Part shown: positions 20,201 through 29,584 of the stretch, one piece after another
How positions within the stretch are numbered: position 1 is the stretch's first letter
Layout of the letters: the number at the start of each line of letters is the position of its first letter
Assembly: GCA_013824245.1 (NCBI GenBank)
Contig: PNNN01000011.1
Location: forward strand, 43,396-107,395
Length of the DNA: 64,000 nucleotides
Reading direction: 5' to 3'
Source: Chlorobiaceae bacterium
Lineage (GTDB): Bacteria > Bacteroidota > Ignavibacteria > UBA10030 > SZUA-254
Position numbers and translations under genes: made by a program
Notes under the pieces: generated by a model
Database searches by the model: none
What the model was told of the DNA's origin: nothing
Seen by the model: the letters and a program-made list of their open reading frames with translations, nothing else

Positions 20201-20485
20201 TTGGAGCATCTAATGCCAGTAATAAGACCCATTTCCGATTTGAGGAATAAAGCCAACAAAATCTCTGAGCTTGCCCACAAATCGGGTGAGCCGATTTTCA
20301 TCACGAAAAATGGTGAAGGAGATATGGTCGTAATGTCCATGGCTCAATACAGCAAAATTCAACTCAAGCTTGACCTGTTTAGCAAACTTGCAGTCGCTCA
20401 AGTTCAGCGTGCGAGCGGCGACAAAGGTCGAAGTTTATCAGCCGTTATGAAAGACATCCGCCGGCGGATACATGAGTCGGAATAA
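20201..20485 (+). CDS. Phd/YefM family antitoxin
   Basis: MPVIRPISDLRNKANKISELAHKSGEPIFITKNGEGDMVVMSMAQY is the classical Phd/YefM N-terminal fold sequence. It overlaps the downstream toxin gene. Confidence 0.8.
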   Translation: MEHLMPVIRPISDLRNKANKISELAHKSGEPIFITKNGEGDMVVMSMAQYSKIQLKLDLFSKLAVAQVQRASGDKGRSLSAVMKDIRRRIHESE

Positions 20486-20780
20486 GTATACTGTTCGATT
20501 TCTCCGGATTGCCGAGGACGATTTTGCGGAAATCATAACTTATATCTCAGCCGACCGTCCGTCAGCAGCAGAAGTTCTTGGCACAAAGATTGAAAAAAAT
20601 CTTCAACTCCTTTCCCAAAATCCACATTTAGGTCGGGTACCGAAAGAAGATGAGCTTGCTCAACTCCATTATCGATACCTCGTTGTGGAGAATTATCTCA
20701 TCTTTTATACCGTAGAAGGGCAATCGATTTACATCCATCGAATACTCCACGGTGCACGCGACTATCTAAGTTTATTCTAA
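20472..20780 (+). CDS. parE: ParE/RelE family toxin
   Basis: About 100 aa, overlaps the antitoxin gene. C-terminal IHRILHGARD is characteristic of ParE. Confidence 0.8.
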   Translation: MSRNKYTVRFLRIAEDDFAEIITYISADRPSAAEVLGTKIEKNLQLLSQNPHLGRVPKEDELAQLHYRYLVVENYLIFYTVEGQSIYIHRILHGARDYLSLF

Positions 20781-20781
20781 C

Positions 20782-20889
20782 TACTCCACCGAAGACGAAG
20801 ATGGCTCAAAGTTGACGAGCGGAGTGTATTTGTATCGACTGCAAGTGGGAGGCTTCTCGGTGACGAAGAAATTGTTGATGGTGAGATAA
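20782..20889 (+). pseudogene. orphan 3' fragment of a T9SS CTD-coding gene (contains direct repeat copy 2, 20817-20889)
   Basis: An open frame without a start encodes ...EDEDGSKLTSGVYLYRLQVGGFSVTKKLLMVR*. The last 73 bp are near-identical to the 3' end of the esterase gene 670 bp upstream. Confidence 0.7.
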
Positions 20890-20975
20890 CAGTGCAGGTA
20901 TTGTCAAAGGCGGGGTTATTGAATCACTTATCTGTAAAGTTAATGCTAACGTTAGTTTATCTTTCTACAAACGTT

Positions 20976-22127
20976 TTATTTTTTATGAAGATTTTTTTGT
21001 AGCTCGATTACTATAGAATGACAAATTATAAGTTTATTTATTAGTTCTTCCAATTTGGCTTCAACATTTCTTCTCGCTTGATTTAATTCTTTTGCCATTC
21101 TGGGTAAATTGCTGATTGTATCAAGGAAAGATTTCGTGCCACTCAAACTGCTTTCAATACCTGACATCAATCCTTCAAGAGAGTTAATTGCTCCCCGTAT
21201 GTCTTCTTCGTTAGATATGCTAAAGTCTGAACGGTAGATTGTCACTAAATGAAAGAGTGCATCTGAACCTTTTTCAAAGCTCTTTATGAAGATAGGTATG
21301 TCGGGCTCAATTCTGCTTGCAAAGTTATTCATTATATCAGCAGTCCGCCCAAAAAAATCACGAAGAACTTTCTTACTAATATCTTGTTTGCTTGATGTCA
21401 AAGAATTGAGTTCGGTTGTCTTTTTGTTTATCTCACTCCCTACCCATTTTGTGGCATCAGTTATTCGCAATAAAGCCTGTGTTGAGTCGTTAAATGATTC
21501 TTCTATTATTTCTTGATAATCAATGACGCCAAGCTCTTCTTCTAAGGGCGTCTCAATTGAAGCAATTTTTGATTTAGTATTCGCAGATGGTTCTCCCAAT
21601 TCATCTAATCTTTTAGGGATATGCATTCTAAGAAATTTTTGTAGTTCCTCATTTGTATTATATTCCCAATAGTAAACGCCTTTATCGCCGATTTCATTTT
21701 TAAACTCATTAACCTTTTTAAGTTCATGTGGTTCAATGTCAGAAAGAGACATTGGGGAAGCAGTTTTAAAATAGAACAATATTTGAAGTGATTTCGGATC
21801 TCTTTTAAATCTTGAATAAGCATTTCGAAATTCTTGCTCAGTCCCAGATTCACATTCTTTTGTTGGGGTTCCAAATTTTTTCCATAGAATTCCAATAAAA
21901 AGATCATAATCTGTTCCAAGGTCTTTGTCTATTATATCTTGAGGGCTTGCTTCACTAACTGCAGGTGCCGAATGTGTTTCCCATTTAATGAGTTCAATAA
22001 TTTTATTGGCTTTATTTCCATACGTGATGTTGAGTTCATCAATTACCTCATCCATCGATTCTCTTTCATCTCGTACATCCGATGGAGAAGCAACTAATAT
22101 TCTGTATTTGTTAATAGTTTGAGGCAT
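20976..22127 (-). CDS. DUF4062-like N-terminal domain protein with long alpha-helical C-terminal region (candidate single-gene defence/conflict protein)
   Basis: N-terminus YRILVASPSDVRDERESMDEVIDEL...IKWETHSAP...DYDLFIGILWKKFGTPT...SGTEQEFRNA matches the DUF4062 pattern (FISST..DL..ER / mE / D.f..il..rYG / SiTelEyreA). Residues about 180-383 are predicted helical/coiled-coil with no recognisable enzymatic motif. Confidence 0.55.
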   Translation of the reverse strand: MPQTINKYRILVASPSDVRDERESMDEVIDELNITYGNKANKIIELIKWETHSAPAVSEASPQDIIDKDLGTDYDLFIGILWKKFGTPTKECESGTEQEFRNAYSRFKRDPKSLQILFYFKTASPMSLSDIEPHELKKVNEFKNEIGDKGVYYWEYNTNEELQKFLRMHIPKRLDELGEPSANTKSKIASIETPLEEELGVIDYQEIIEESFNDSTQALLRITDATKWVGSEINKKTTELNSLTSSKQDISKKVLRDFFGRTADIMNNFASRIEPDIPIFIKSFEKGSDALFHLVTIYRSDFSISNEEDIRGAINSLEGLMSGIESSLSGTKSFLDTISNLPRMAKELNQARRNVEAKLEELINKLIICHSIVIELQKNLHKK

Positions 22128-22249
22128 ATCATAAAATGTTTGTTAGCGCTCGTAGTTTAAACAGTTTTATCTTTCATTGTCAAGAATTTACGCAATCTTA
22201 AGTGAAGTGTCAAGTTTTGCCGGGCGGAGAGAACTCAATAATCAATCTA

Positions 22250-22304
22250 AACTTCCCGAAAGTTGCTGTGTTTGTTCCATCTGGAACTTTCGGGAAGTTT
22301 TTCA
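22250..22304 (+). terminator. long perfect inverted repeat (15-bp arms, 20-nt spacer) plus T-tract; terminator-like hairpin or dimeric operator
   Basis: AACTTCCCGAAAGTT-N20-AACTTTCGGGAAGTT followed by TTTTTCAT. Confidence 0.5.
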
Positions 22305-22740
22305 TAGTGATCACTTTTTTGAGTATTGCTGAGTTGTGTTATTTCTCATTCAAAATTCAAACTTACAACTCTACGTTTATTTTTCTTAATATATCAATCT
22401 TGCAATAAATATCAAACAGAAGAATCCTTTCCTTTTATACTTATGGTTTTTTAAAGGCGTTACTAACATATTTGTGAAATGTATAACGAAATTCCCCGAC
22501 GGTGTCCTCGGGATATTTCGTTTTCTGCAAAATATTTAACGAACTGAAGTTCGTTCTACAATGAATTCACCGGCATTAAAATCTCCACCTCGATGAGGGG
22601 GAGATTACAGAGGGGGTTATTTCGGGTTTCCTTTAAATTCAATCAAAACAACAAATAACACGCCCCCAAAATCCATCCTGCCCAACTTCTGTGTCCCTGA
22701 ATCGCAAGAACAAATTGGGCACTTTGAAGAGTTTGATTAT

Positions 22741-23274
22741 ATGTACCAATTTCTGTATTATTGTATAGTGTTGAAAGGTTTGAATATGAAAAGAATATTG
22801 TATCCCGGAATCTTATCGTTGTTAATTGTTGCGTTAAGCTTAGCCCAATTTAAATCTCAGAGTGAGCAGACAAGCGTTGCCAGCTCTCTCGTAAAACCGA
22901 TGTCGGGCGTTGGAAGTTTGTTGGGTTTGATAAATCCCGATAATCTTTTTATGCGACATAGTCTTTCTCTTAATTATATGTCGATGGGGAATATGGGGGT
23001 TTCGGTTGCTTCGTACACAAACAGTTTGTTCTATAAAATATCTGATCCGCTGAATGTGCGTTTCGATGTAACTTTGCAAGGATCGCCGTTCGGACAAACA
23101 CAGTTTCAAAATTCACTTAACGGAGTTTTCCTGAGCCGCGCCGAGTTGAACTATCGTCCATGGGAAAATTTTTTCGTCAAGTTCGAATATAACAGGATGC
23201 CTATGAATTATTACGGAAGATTCAACCCGTGGTACAGTCCGTATTCAAATTCATTTTTTGATGAAGGTGAATAA
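22741..23274 (+). CDS. hypothetical secreted protein (signal peptide; probable true start MKRIL at about 22786)
   Basis: N-terminal signal peptide followed by an Asn/Ser/Tyr-rich sequence (possibly a beta-rich OM-associated fold). No recognised domain. Confidence 0.4.
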   Translation: MYQFLYYCIVLKGLNMKRILYPGILSLLIVALSLAQFKSQSEQTSVASSLVKPMSGVGSLLGLINPDNLFMRHSLSLNYMSMGNMGVSVASYTNSLFYKISDPLNVRFDVTLQGSPFGQTQFQNSLNGVFLSRAELNYRPWENFFVKFEYNRMPMNYYGRFNPWYSPYSNSFFDEGE

Positions 23275-23362
23275 GCGGCGTTGGAAACTTTCTTCACTGC
23301 AGTTCTCATTTTTTTCCCGAGGGGGTATTTCCATTTAAAAAGCTTACCCGGTTTTATGTCAA

Positions 23363-23857
23363 ATGATGAATCTTGAATTTGACGGTATAGAAGAGCGAAC
23401 GGTTAAACCTGCGCCCAAGCTTCCAGTGAAAAGTAAATTACCTAAGTTTATTATTTCTGGATCGATAGGTATTTTGCTTATCGCGGCAATCTATTTTGGT
23501 TACCCATATCTTTCAGGAAATATTGAACAGCCCAAAGAGAAACAGCAATTACAACCGCCACGAATTATTCAACTCGATGTTCTAAACGGCTGCGGGGCGA
23601 AAGGCGTTGGATCTCGCTTCACCGATTTCCTGCGGGCAAATGGTTTTGATGTAGTTGAGATGAAGAACTATAAAAGTTTTCTCGTCAACCAAACGCTTGT
23701 TGTTGACAGGATAGGGGATTTATCTTTAGCCCGGCGTATTGCCGCCGCGTTAGGAGTGAGTGAAAAAAATATTATACAGCAAATAAATCCCGATTACTTC
23801 GTTGACGTTTCGGTAATCATTGGGAAAGATTTTTCAGAATTAAAAGTAACGCACTAA
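23363..23857 (+). CDS. LytR_C (LytR cell-envelope-related attenuator C-terminal) domain protein
   Basis: TM anchor then QLDVLNGCGAKGVGSRFTDFLRANGFDVVEMKNY...VVDRIGDLSLARRIAAALGV, typical of the LytR_C domain. Confidence 0.65.
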   Translation: MMNLEFDGIEERTVKPAPKLPVKSKLPKFIISGSIGILLIAAIYFGYPYLSGNIEQPKEKQQLQPPRIIQLDVLNGCGAKGVGSRFTDFLRANGFDVVEMKNYKSFLVNQTLVVDRIGDLSLARRIAAALGVSEKNIIQQINPDYFVDVSVIIGKDFSELKVTH

Positions 23858-23874
23858 CAATTATTGGAGAAATA

Positions 23875-24273
23875 TTGACACCTAAAACACTTTCTAAAAA
23901 AATCGCAGATCTGGCGCTTTCAAAAAAAGCGAACAATGTATTAATTTTAGATCTACGAAAACTGACCGATATGGCAGACTTTTTTGTTGTTTGTTCCGCC
24001 GATTCCGATGTGCAGGTTAAAGCAATTGCCGATGCTATTGTTGATGGAATGGAAGATGTCGGCTCATCGCCTTGGCATCAGGAAGGTTTAACAAACCGGC
24101 AATGGGTTTTGCTCGATTATGTTGATGTTGTGGTCCATATTTTTCATAAAGAGATGAGAAAATTTTACGGACTTGAAAAACTATGGGGCGATGCAAAAAT
24201 TGAAGAGGTTATCGATAAACCCGCGCCGAAGAAAACCACACGCAAACCACGCACCACAAAAAAGAAAAAGTGA
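23875..24273 (+). CDS. rsfS: ribosomal silencing factor RsfS (Iojap)
   Basis: ADFFVVCSADSDVQVKAIADAI...VLLDYVDVVVHIFHKEMRKFYGLEKLW matches the conserved RsfS core. The start may be TTG. Confidence 0.85.
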   Translation: MTPKTLSKKIADLALSKKANNVLILDLRKLTDMADFFVVCSADSDVQVKAIADAIVDGMEDVGSSPWHQEGLTNRQWVLLDYVDVVVHIFHKEMRKFYGLEKLWGDAKIEEVIDKPAPKKTTRKPRTTKKKK

Positions 24274-25901
24274 AAAAGTACCTCTCATTACAACTCTCAC
24301 CTGTGCTGCAAGCGCTTGGTGTTCCTGAATCTATTGCACCGATATTTGAAAAACCGCGAACCGAATCTCACGGCGATTTGACTACAAATATTGCGATGAT
24401 CGCGGCTAAGCATCTGAAAACAAATCCGCGTCAGCTTGCACAGCAAATTTTGGAAAAACTGAATCTTGATAAAACTCTGGTCGACAAGATAGAAATTGCC
24501 GGTCCCGGTTTTATAAATTTCAGGTTTTCGGATAAATATTATCATGCTCAATTAGCTGATATTCTGGAAAAAGAAAATCAGTTTGGAAGGTCCGGCACAG
24601 GTAACAAATTAAAAACACAAGTCGAGTTTGTCAGCGCAAACCCAACCGGACCTTTAACTGTAGGTCACGGGAGAGGAGCGGTGTACGGAGATACTGTCGC
24701 GCGACTTCTTGAATGGACAGGTTACGATGTAACGCGCGAGTATTATTTCAACAACGCGGGCAGACAAATGCGTGTTTTGGGCGATTCGGTTCGATTGCGC
24801 TATCTTGAACTGTTGGGAGAAAAAATAGATTTTCCCGAAGATTATTATCAGGGCGAGTATATCAAAGAGATTGCGCAGCATCTTATTGATCTTCATGGAA
24901 AGAATTTGAAGGATGAGCCGGCTGAAGGTAAATTCAAACAGCAAGCCGAGACGGAAATATTTGACGACATCAAAAAAACTTTGGCAAGGATTGGAGTGAA
25001 ACATGATGTTTTCTTCAATGAGAACACACTCTACGAAACCGGGCAGGTGAAGGAAGTAATAGAGGAATTACGCAAGAAAGATTTAGCTTACGATCAGGAT
25101 GGAGCGGTATGGTTTAAGGCAACTGCTTTCGGGGGTGAGAAAGATAAAGTGATTGTGAAAGCAACCGGTGAGCCAACATATCGATTGCCCGATATCGCGT
25201 ATCACCGCGATAAACTTCGACGCGGTTATGAGTTGATAATTGACGTGCTTGGTGCCGATCATGTTGCAACATATCCAGATGTACTTGCGGGAATTAAAGC
25301 GCTCGGTTACGATGAATCTAAAATAAAAGTTCCGATTCATCAGTTCGTTACAATCCTGCAGGAGGGCGCGGTTGTGAAGATGTCCACCCGCAAGGCAAAC
25401 TTCATCACGCTCGATGAACTGATAGATGAAGTCGGAGCCGATGTCGTGCGATATTTCTTTTTGATGCGCGGGATTGGAAGTCATTTGAATTTTGATCTCA
25501 AACTTGCGAAGGAACAGTCGGAGGAAAATCCTGTTTACTATTTGCAATATGCTCACGCGCGGATAGCGAGCATCATCCGGCTCGCTGAAAGTAAAGGTGT
25601 AGATGTGAGCAAGTCGTATGATTTATCGCTGTTGAATCAGCCTGAAGAGATTTCTTTGATGAAACTCCTGTCGCAATTCCCGGATATGGTTGAATCATGT
25701 GCCGCAACATATGAGCCGCACCGGCTTGCAGAATATTTACATGATGTCGCGGGAAGTTACCACAAGTTTTACCATGAGCATCGGGTTGTGGGAGATGATT
25801 TAAATATCACCGCTTCACGCATCGCACTTTGTCTTGCAACCAAAACAGTACTTGCCAACGGATTTTCAATTCTCGGCATCCACGCGCCGGAGAAGATGTA
25901 A
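24270..25901 (+). CDS. argS: arginine--tRNA ligase
   Basis: Arg_tRNA_synt_N region (GPGFINF), SANPTGPLTVGHGRGAVYGD (HIGH-type), a class I catalytic core and a DALR anticodon-binding C-terminus. Confidence 0.95.
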   Translation: MKKYLSLQLSPVLQALGVPESIAPIFEKPRTESHGDLTTNIAMIAAKHLKTNPRQLAQQILEKLNLDKTLVDKIEIAGPGFINFRFSDKYYHAQLADILEKENQFGRSGTGNKLKTQVEFVSANPTGPLTVGHGRGAVYGDTVARLLEWTGYDVTREYYFNNAGRQMRVLGDSVRLRYLELLGEKIDFPEDYYQGEYIKEIAQHLIDLHGKNLKDEPAEGKFKQQAETEIFDDIKKTLARIGVKHDVFFNENTLYETGQVKEVIEELRKKDLAYDQDGAVWFKATAFGGEKDKVIVKATGEPTYRLPDIAYHRDKLRRGYELIIDVLGADHVATYPDVLAGIKALGYDESKIKVPIHQFVTILQEGAVVKMSTRKANFITLDELIDEVGADVVRYFFLMRGIGSHLNFDLKLAKEQSEENPVYYLQYAHARIASIIRLAESKGVDVSKSYDLSLLNQPEEISLMKLLSQFPDMVESCAATYEPHRLAEYLHDVAGSYHKFYHEHRVVGDDLNITASRIALCLATKTVLANGFSILGIHAPEKM

Positions 25902-25968
25902 CCTGCTAAACGTCCGACTTCTTTCTGTGTAAAAACAAAGTCAGAAGTCGGACGTTTGTCCAAGATTT

Positions 25969-26862
25969 TTACTTCACAAGCAACATCTTCTTAACCTGCG
26001 TAAAAGTTTTACTTGGATCGCTCACGCTTACCGCCTCTAACTTGTAGAAATATACTCCACTTGCAGCATCATTCGCATTCCAAGTTGCCGACTTGATTCC
26101 TGCTTGTTGAATTTCATCTGTGAGTAAAGCAACTTGCTGGCCAAGCACGGTATAGATTTTTAATTTCACTTGGCTGTTGAACGGTAATTGATATTTAATT
26201 GATGTTGTTGGGTTAAATGGGTTGGGATAGTTTTGGTGAAGAGAGAAATTAGTTGGAGCTGAAGAATATACCGATTCGATATCATCGATGATTTTACAAC
26301 CATATTTATATATATAGAATGCTCCAAAATATGGATGGCTATCAATTGGAATATTTAATTCCAAGCTGTCGGTTTTAAACATATTAATATTTGTCCCTTG
26401 CAAATTGCCTGCCCCAACAAGAAACATGCTGTCACAACGCTCCCTTAAATAACTAGAATCCGGCCACCGAAATACCCATTTTGAATACTCAGGGGTGAAG
26501 GGAGTTTCTCCAAATCCTAAGAAGAATGTATCTTTCTGAGCATTATTGGGCGGTATACTTCGGATATCGTAGTACATTAAACCACCACCAAAACAATTAA
26601 TTCGTCCGGGAATATTTTTCCAGACAAAATCGCATATATCGGGCGGACATTCTCTTTCTATAAATGTCGGATTCAAACTATCAATACAAAAAGTTGCATT
26701 GATATGATTACCGAACACCATCCTGTGTAGTAATGCACTTGTAGCATAGTATCCAGTTCCGGTCAGCCGAATTTCTGATGTTAATTGCGCTCGTGTCATG
26801 AATGTAGTTAACGTAATGGCTGCAAACGCCAACCATAGCCAATGATAAAATCGGATATTCAT
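25969..26862 (-). CDS. secreted T9SS substrate of unknown function (paralog 1)
   Basis: Signal peptide. C-terminal Por CTD: QNYPNPFNPTTSIKYQL...GVYFYKLEAVSVSDPSKTFTQVKKMLLVK. Confidence 0.6.
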   Translation of the reverse strand: MNIRFYHWLWLAFAAITLTTFMTRAQLTSEIRLTGTGYYATSALLHRMVFGNHINATFCIDSLNPTFIERECPPDICDFVWKNIPGRINCFGGGLMYYDIRSIPPNNAQKDTFFLGFGETPFTPEYSKWVFRWPDSSYLRERCDSMFLVGAGNLQGTNINMFKTDSLELNIPIDSHPYFGAFYIYKYGCKIIDDIESVYSSAPTNFSLHQNYPNPFNPTTSIKYQLPFNSQVKLKIYTVLGQQVALLTDEIQQAGIKSATWNANDAASGVYFYKLEAVSVSDPSKTFTQVKKMLLVK

Positions 26863-26876
26863 AATTTATTTCCTCC

Positions 26877-27803
26877 TTATTTTATTAAAATCATCTTACG
26901 TACCTGTGAAAATATCTTGCTCGGATCGCTCACACTCACAGCTTCTAACTTGTAGAAATATACTCCGCTTGCTGCATCGTTCGCATACCATGTTGCCGAC
27001 TTGAATCCGGCTTGTTGAATTTCATCTGTAAGCAAAGCTATTTGCTCGCCAAGCACATTATAGATTTTTAATTTCACTTGGCTATTGAACGGCAATTGAT
27101 ATTTTATTGATGTTGTTGGGTTGAATGGGTTGGGATAGTTTTGATATAAGCCAATTATCAATGGTGTATTCAGAAAGTTTTCTTTTACACCACTTTCACA
27201 ATCTATTATTGAATAAGCTCCTTGTTTAATAATATGGAGTATGCTCATTCCGGAATCTCCTGCAGCATGAACAATAAATTGCTGTTGTTTGAACATATCG
27301 ATTTTGGGAATGTGACCTGAAGTATCGACAAGAAACATGCTATCGCATCGGCATCCTAAATAAACACTATTGGGCCATGAAAAAATCACATCGGCATCAG
27401 GTGCTTGCTGATTCACGAAATTCAATACAAATGTATCGCGTTGCGTGAAATCATTTAATGGTCTGAAGTCATAAGTTAATAATCCGTTGCCCCAGTTTGC
27501 TCCAGTCCATGGGGGTCTCCAAACAACAAATAAATCTGGTGGAGGCGGTGGAGATTCGCGTTCGATTATGGTTGAATTTATGGAATCTAATTGACTTAAA
27601 TTGAAACCGTTTGTGGCGCCAATTGCATTACCGAAGATATTTGTGTAGGGACGGGATCCTTGGTTATCCTCAACTTTTATCCAAAATTCTATCGGTACTT
27701 GAGTAAATGAAGTTTCTATATTCAGAATAGTACAAAATGCTATCCACATCATTAATTTTACAGATAAAACTTTCATACTACCTCCATTTGAAAAAGTTAT
27801 CAA
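26877..27803 (-). CDS. secreted T9SS substrate of unknown function (paralog 2; probable true start MKVLS at about 27776)
   Basis: Same architecture as 25969-26862. The last roughly 85 codons are near-identical at the DNA level, while the N-terminal domains have diverged (shared RCDSMFLV motif). Confidence 0.6.
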   Translation of the reverse strand: MITFSNGGSMKVLSVKLMMWIAFCTILNIETSFTQVPIEFWIKVEDNQGSRPYTNIFGNAIGATNGFNLSQLDSINSTIIERESPPPPPDLFVVWRPPWTGANWGNGLLTYDFRPLNDFTQRDTFVLNFVNQQAPDADVIFSWPNSVYLGCRCDSMFLVDTSGHIPKIDMFKQQQFIVHAAGDSGMSILHIIKQGAYSIIDCESGVKENFLNTPLIIGLYQNYPNPFNPTTSIKYQLPFNSQVKLKIYNVLGEQIALLTDEIQQAGFKSATWYANDAASGVYFYKLEAVSVSDPSKIFSQVRKMILIK

Positions 27804-28077
27804 TGATTACTATGTTACAAGAAGTTACTAAGTGAAAGCATTAAAAACAAATCAATGGAATTGGATTTTTGAGGAAATTTTCATACATTTTAACCACTAA
27901 ATTATGTTCCCCATCGAGGTAAATAACCTGCAAAATTGATACTATTTTAGAAAAAACGCTAAAATAATAATTATCAACGTCAACCGTACAACGGATTTGT
28001 TCATCTAATGAATTTATAACCGCTGTATCATCCAATATTTCAATAAGAAGTTTTTATTCACAATTATCGAGTGAGAA

Positions 28078-29064
<987 letters not shown>

Positions 29065-29104
29065 ATCGTCATTAGTTAATAGTCATTAGTCAATCGTCAT
29101 TTGG
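29065..29104 (+). repeat. heptad tandem array (GTCATTn)x5 = inverted copy of the nAnTGAC heptad family
   Basis: ATCGTCATTAGTTAATAGTCATTAGTCAATCGTCATTTGG forms an imperfect inverted repeat with 29502-29536. Confidence 0.7.
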
Positions 29105-29129
29105 AAAATAATTAAAGGAGGAAAAATTT

Positions 29130-29507
29130 ATGACAGTTGAATTGGAAAAACTTGAAGTGTATCAGCTTGCGGAATCGTTGGCAGATTTGGTGTGGGATAT
29201 TTGTATCGGCTGGGAATGGTTTGCGAAAGATACAATCGGTAAGCAGTTGGTAAAAGCGGCAGATTCTGTAGGTGCAAACATTGCAGAAGGTTATGGGCGT
29301 TATGCCTTTAAAGAGAATATCCATTTTTGCTGCTATGCCCGTGGATCTTTAATGGAAGTAAAACATTTTTTAAGAAGAGCGATGCAAAGAAAATTATTGA
29401 GTACCGAGCAAACAAAAAGTATTAAAAATATTTTACAACCTTTGGCTCCGAAATTGAACGCGTACATCCGTTCTATTAAAGCTGAACTCAGCAAATCCCC
29501 AAAATGA
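29130..29507 (+). CDS. four-helix-bundle protein (23S rRNA intervening-sequence-type protein)
   Basis: MTVELEKLEVYQLAESLADLVWDI...QLVKAADSVGANIAEGYGRY...ARGSLMEVKHFLRRA is the signature of the four-helix-bundle (IVS) family. It has a strong GGAGG RBS. Confidence 0.8.
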   Translation: MTVELEKLEVYQLAESLADLVWDICIGWEWFAKDTIGKQLVKAADSVGANIAEGYGRYAFKENIHFCCYARGSLMEVKHFLRRAMQRKLLSTEQTKSIKNILQPLAPKLNAYIRSIKAELSKSPK

Positions 29508-29536
29508 CAACTGACAATTAACAAATGACATTTTAC
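29502..29536 (+). repeat. heptad tandem array (nAnTGAC)x5
   Basis: AAATGAC AACTGAC AATTAAC AAATGAC ATTTTAC. The first unit contains the stop codon of the four-helix-bundle gene. Confidence 0.7.
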
Positions 29537-29584
29537 TTAAATAACCAAAACTCAAAATTTAACATCTAAGCAGTATTAATCAAC

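Noticed and set aside
22202-22408. 68-aa ORF on the plus strand in the 22128-22740 non-coding region
   Set aside because: It is translated straight through the 15-bp-arm inverted repeat and its T-tract. It has no RBS and a hydrophobic low-complexity product, so it is more likely non-coding structured RNA or DNA.
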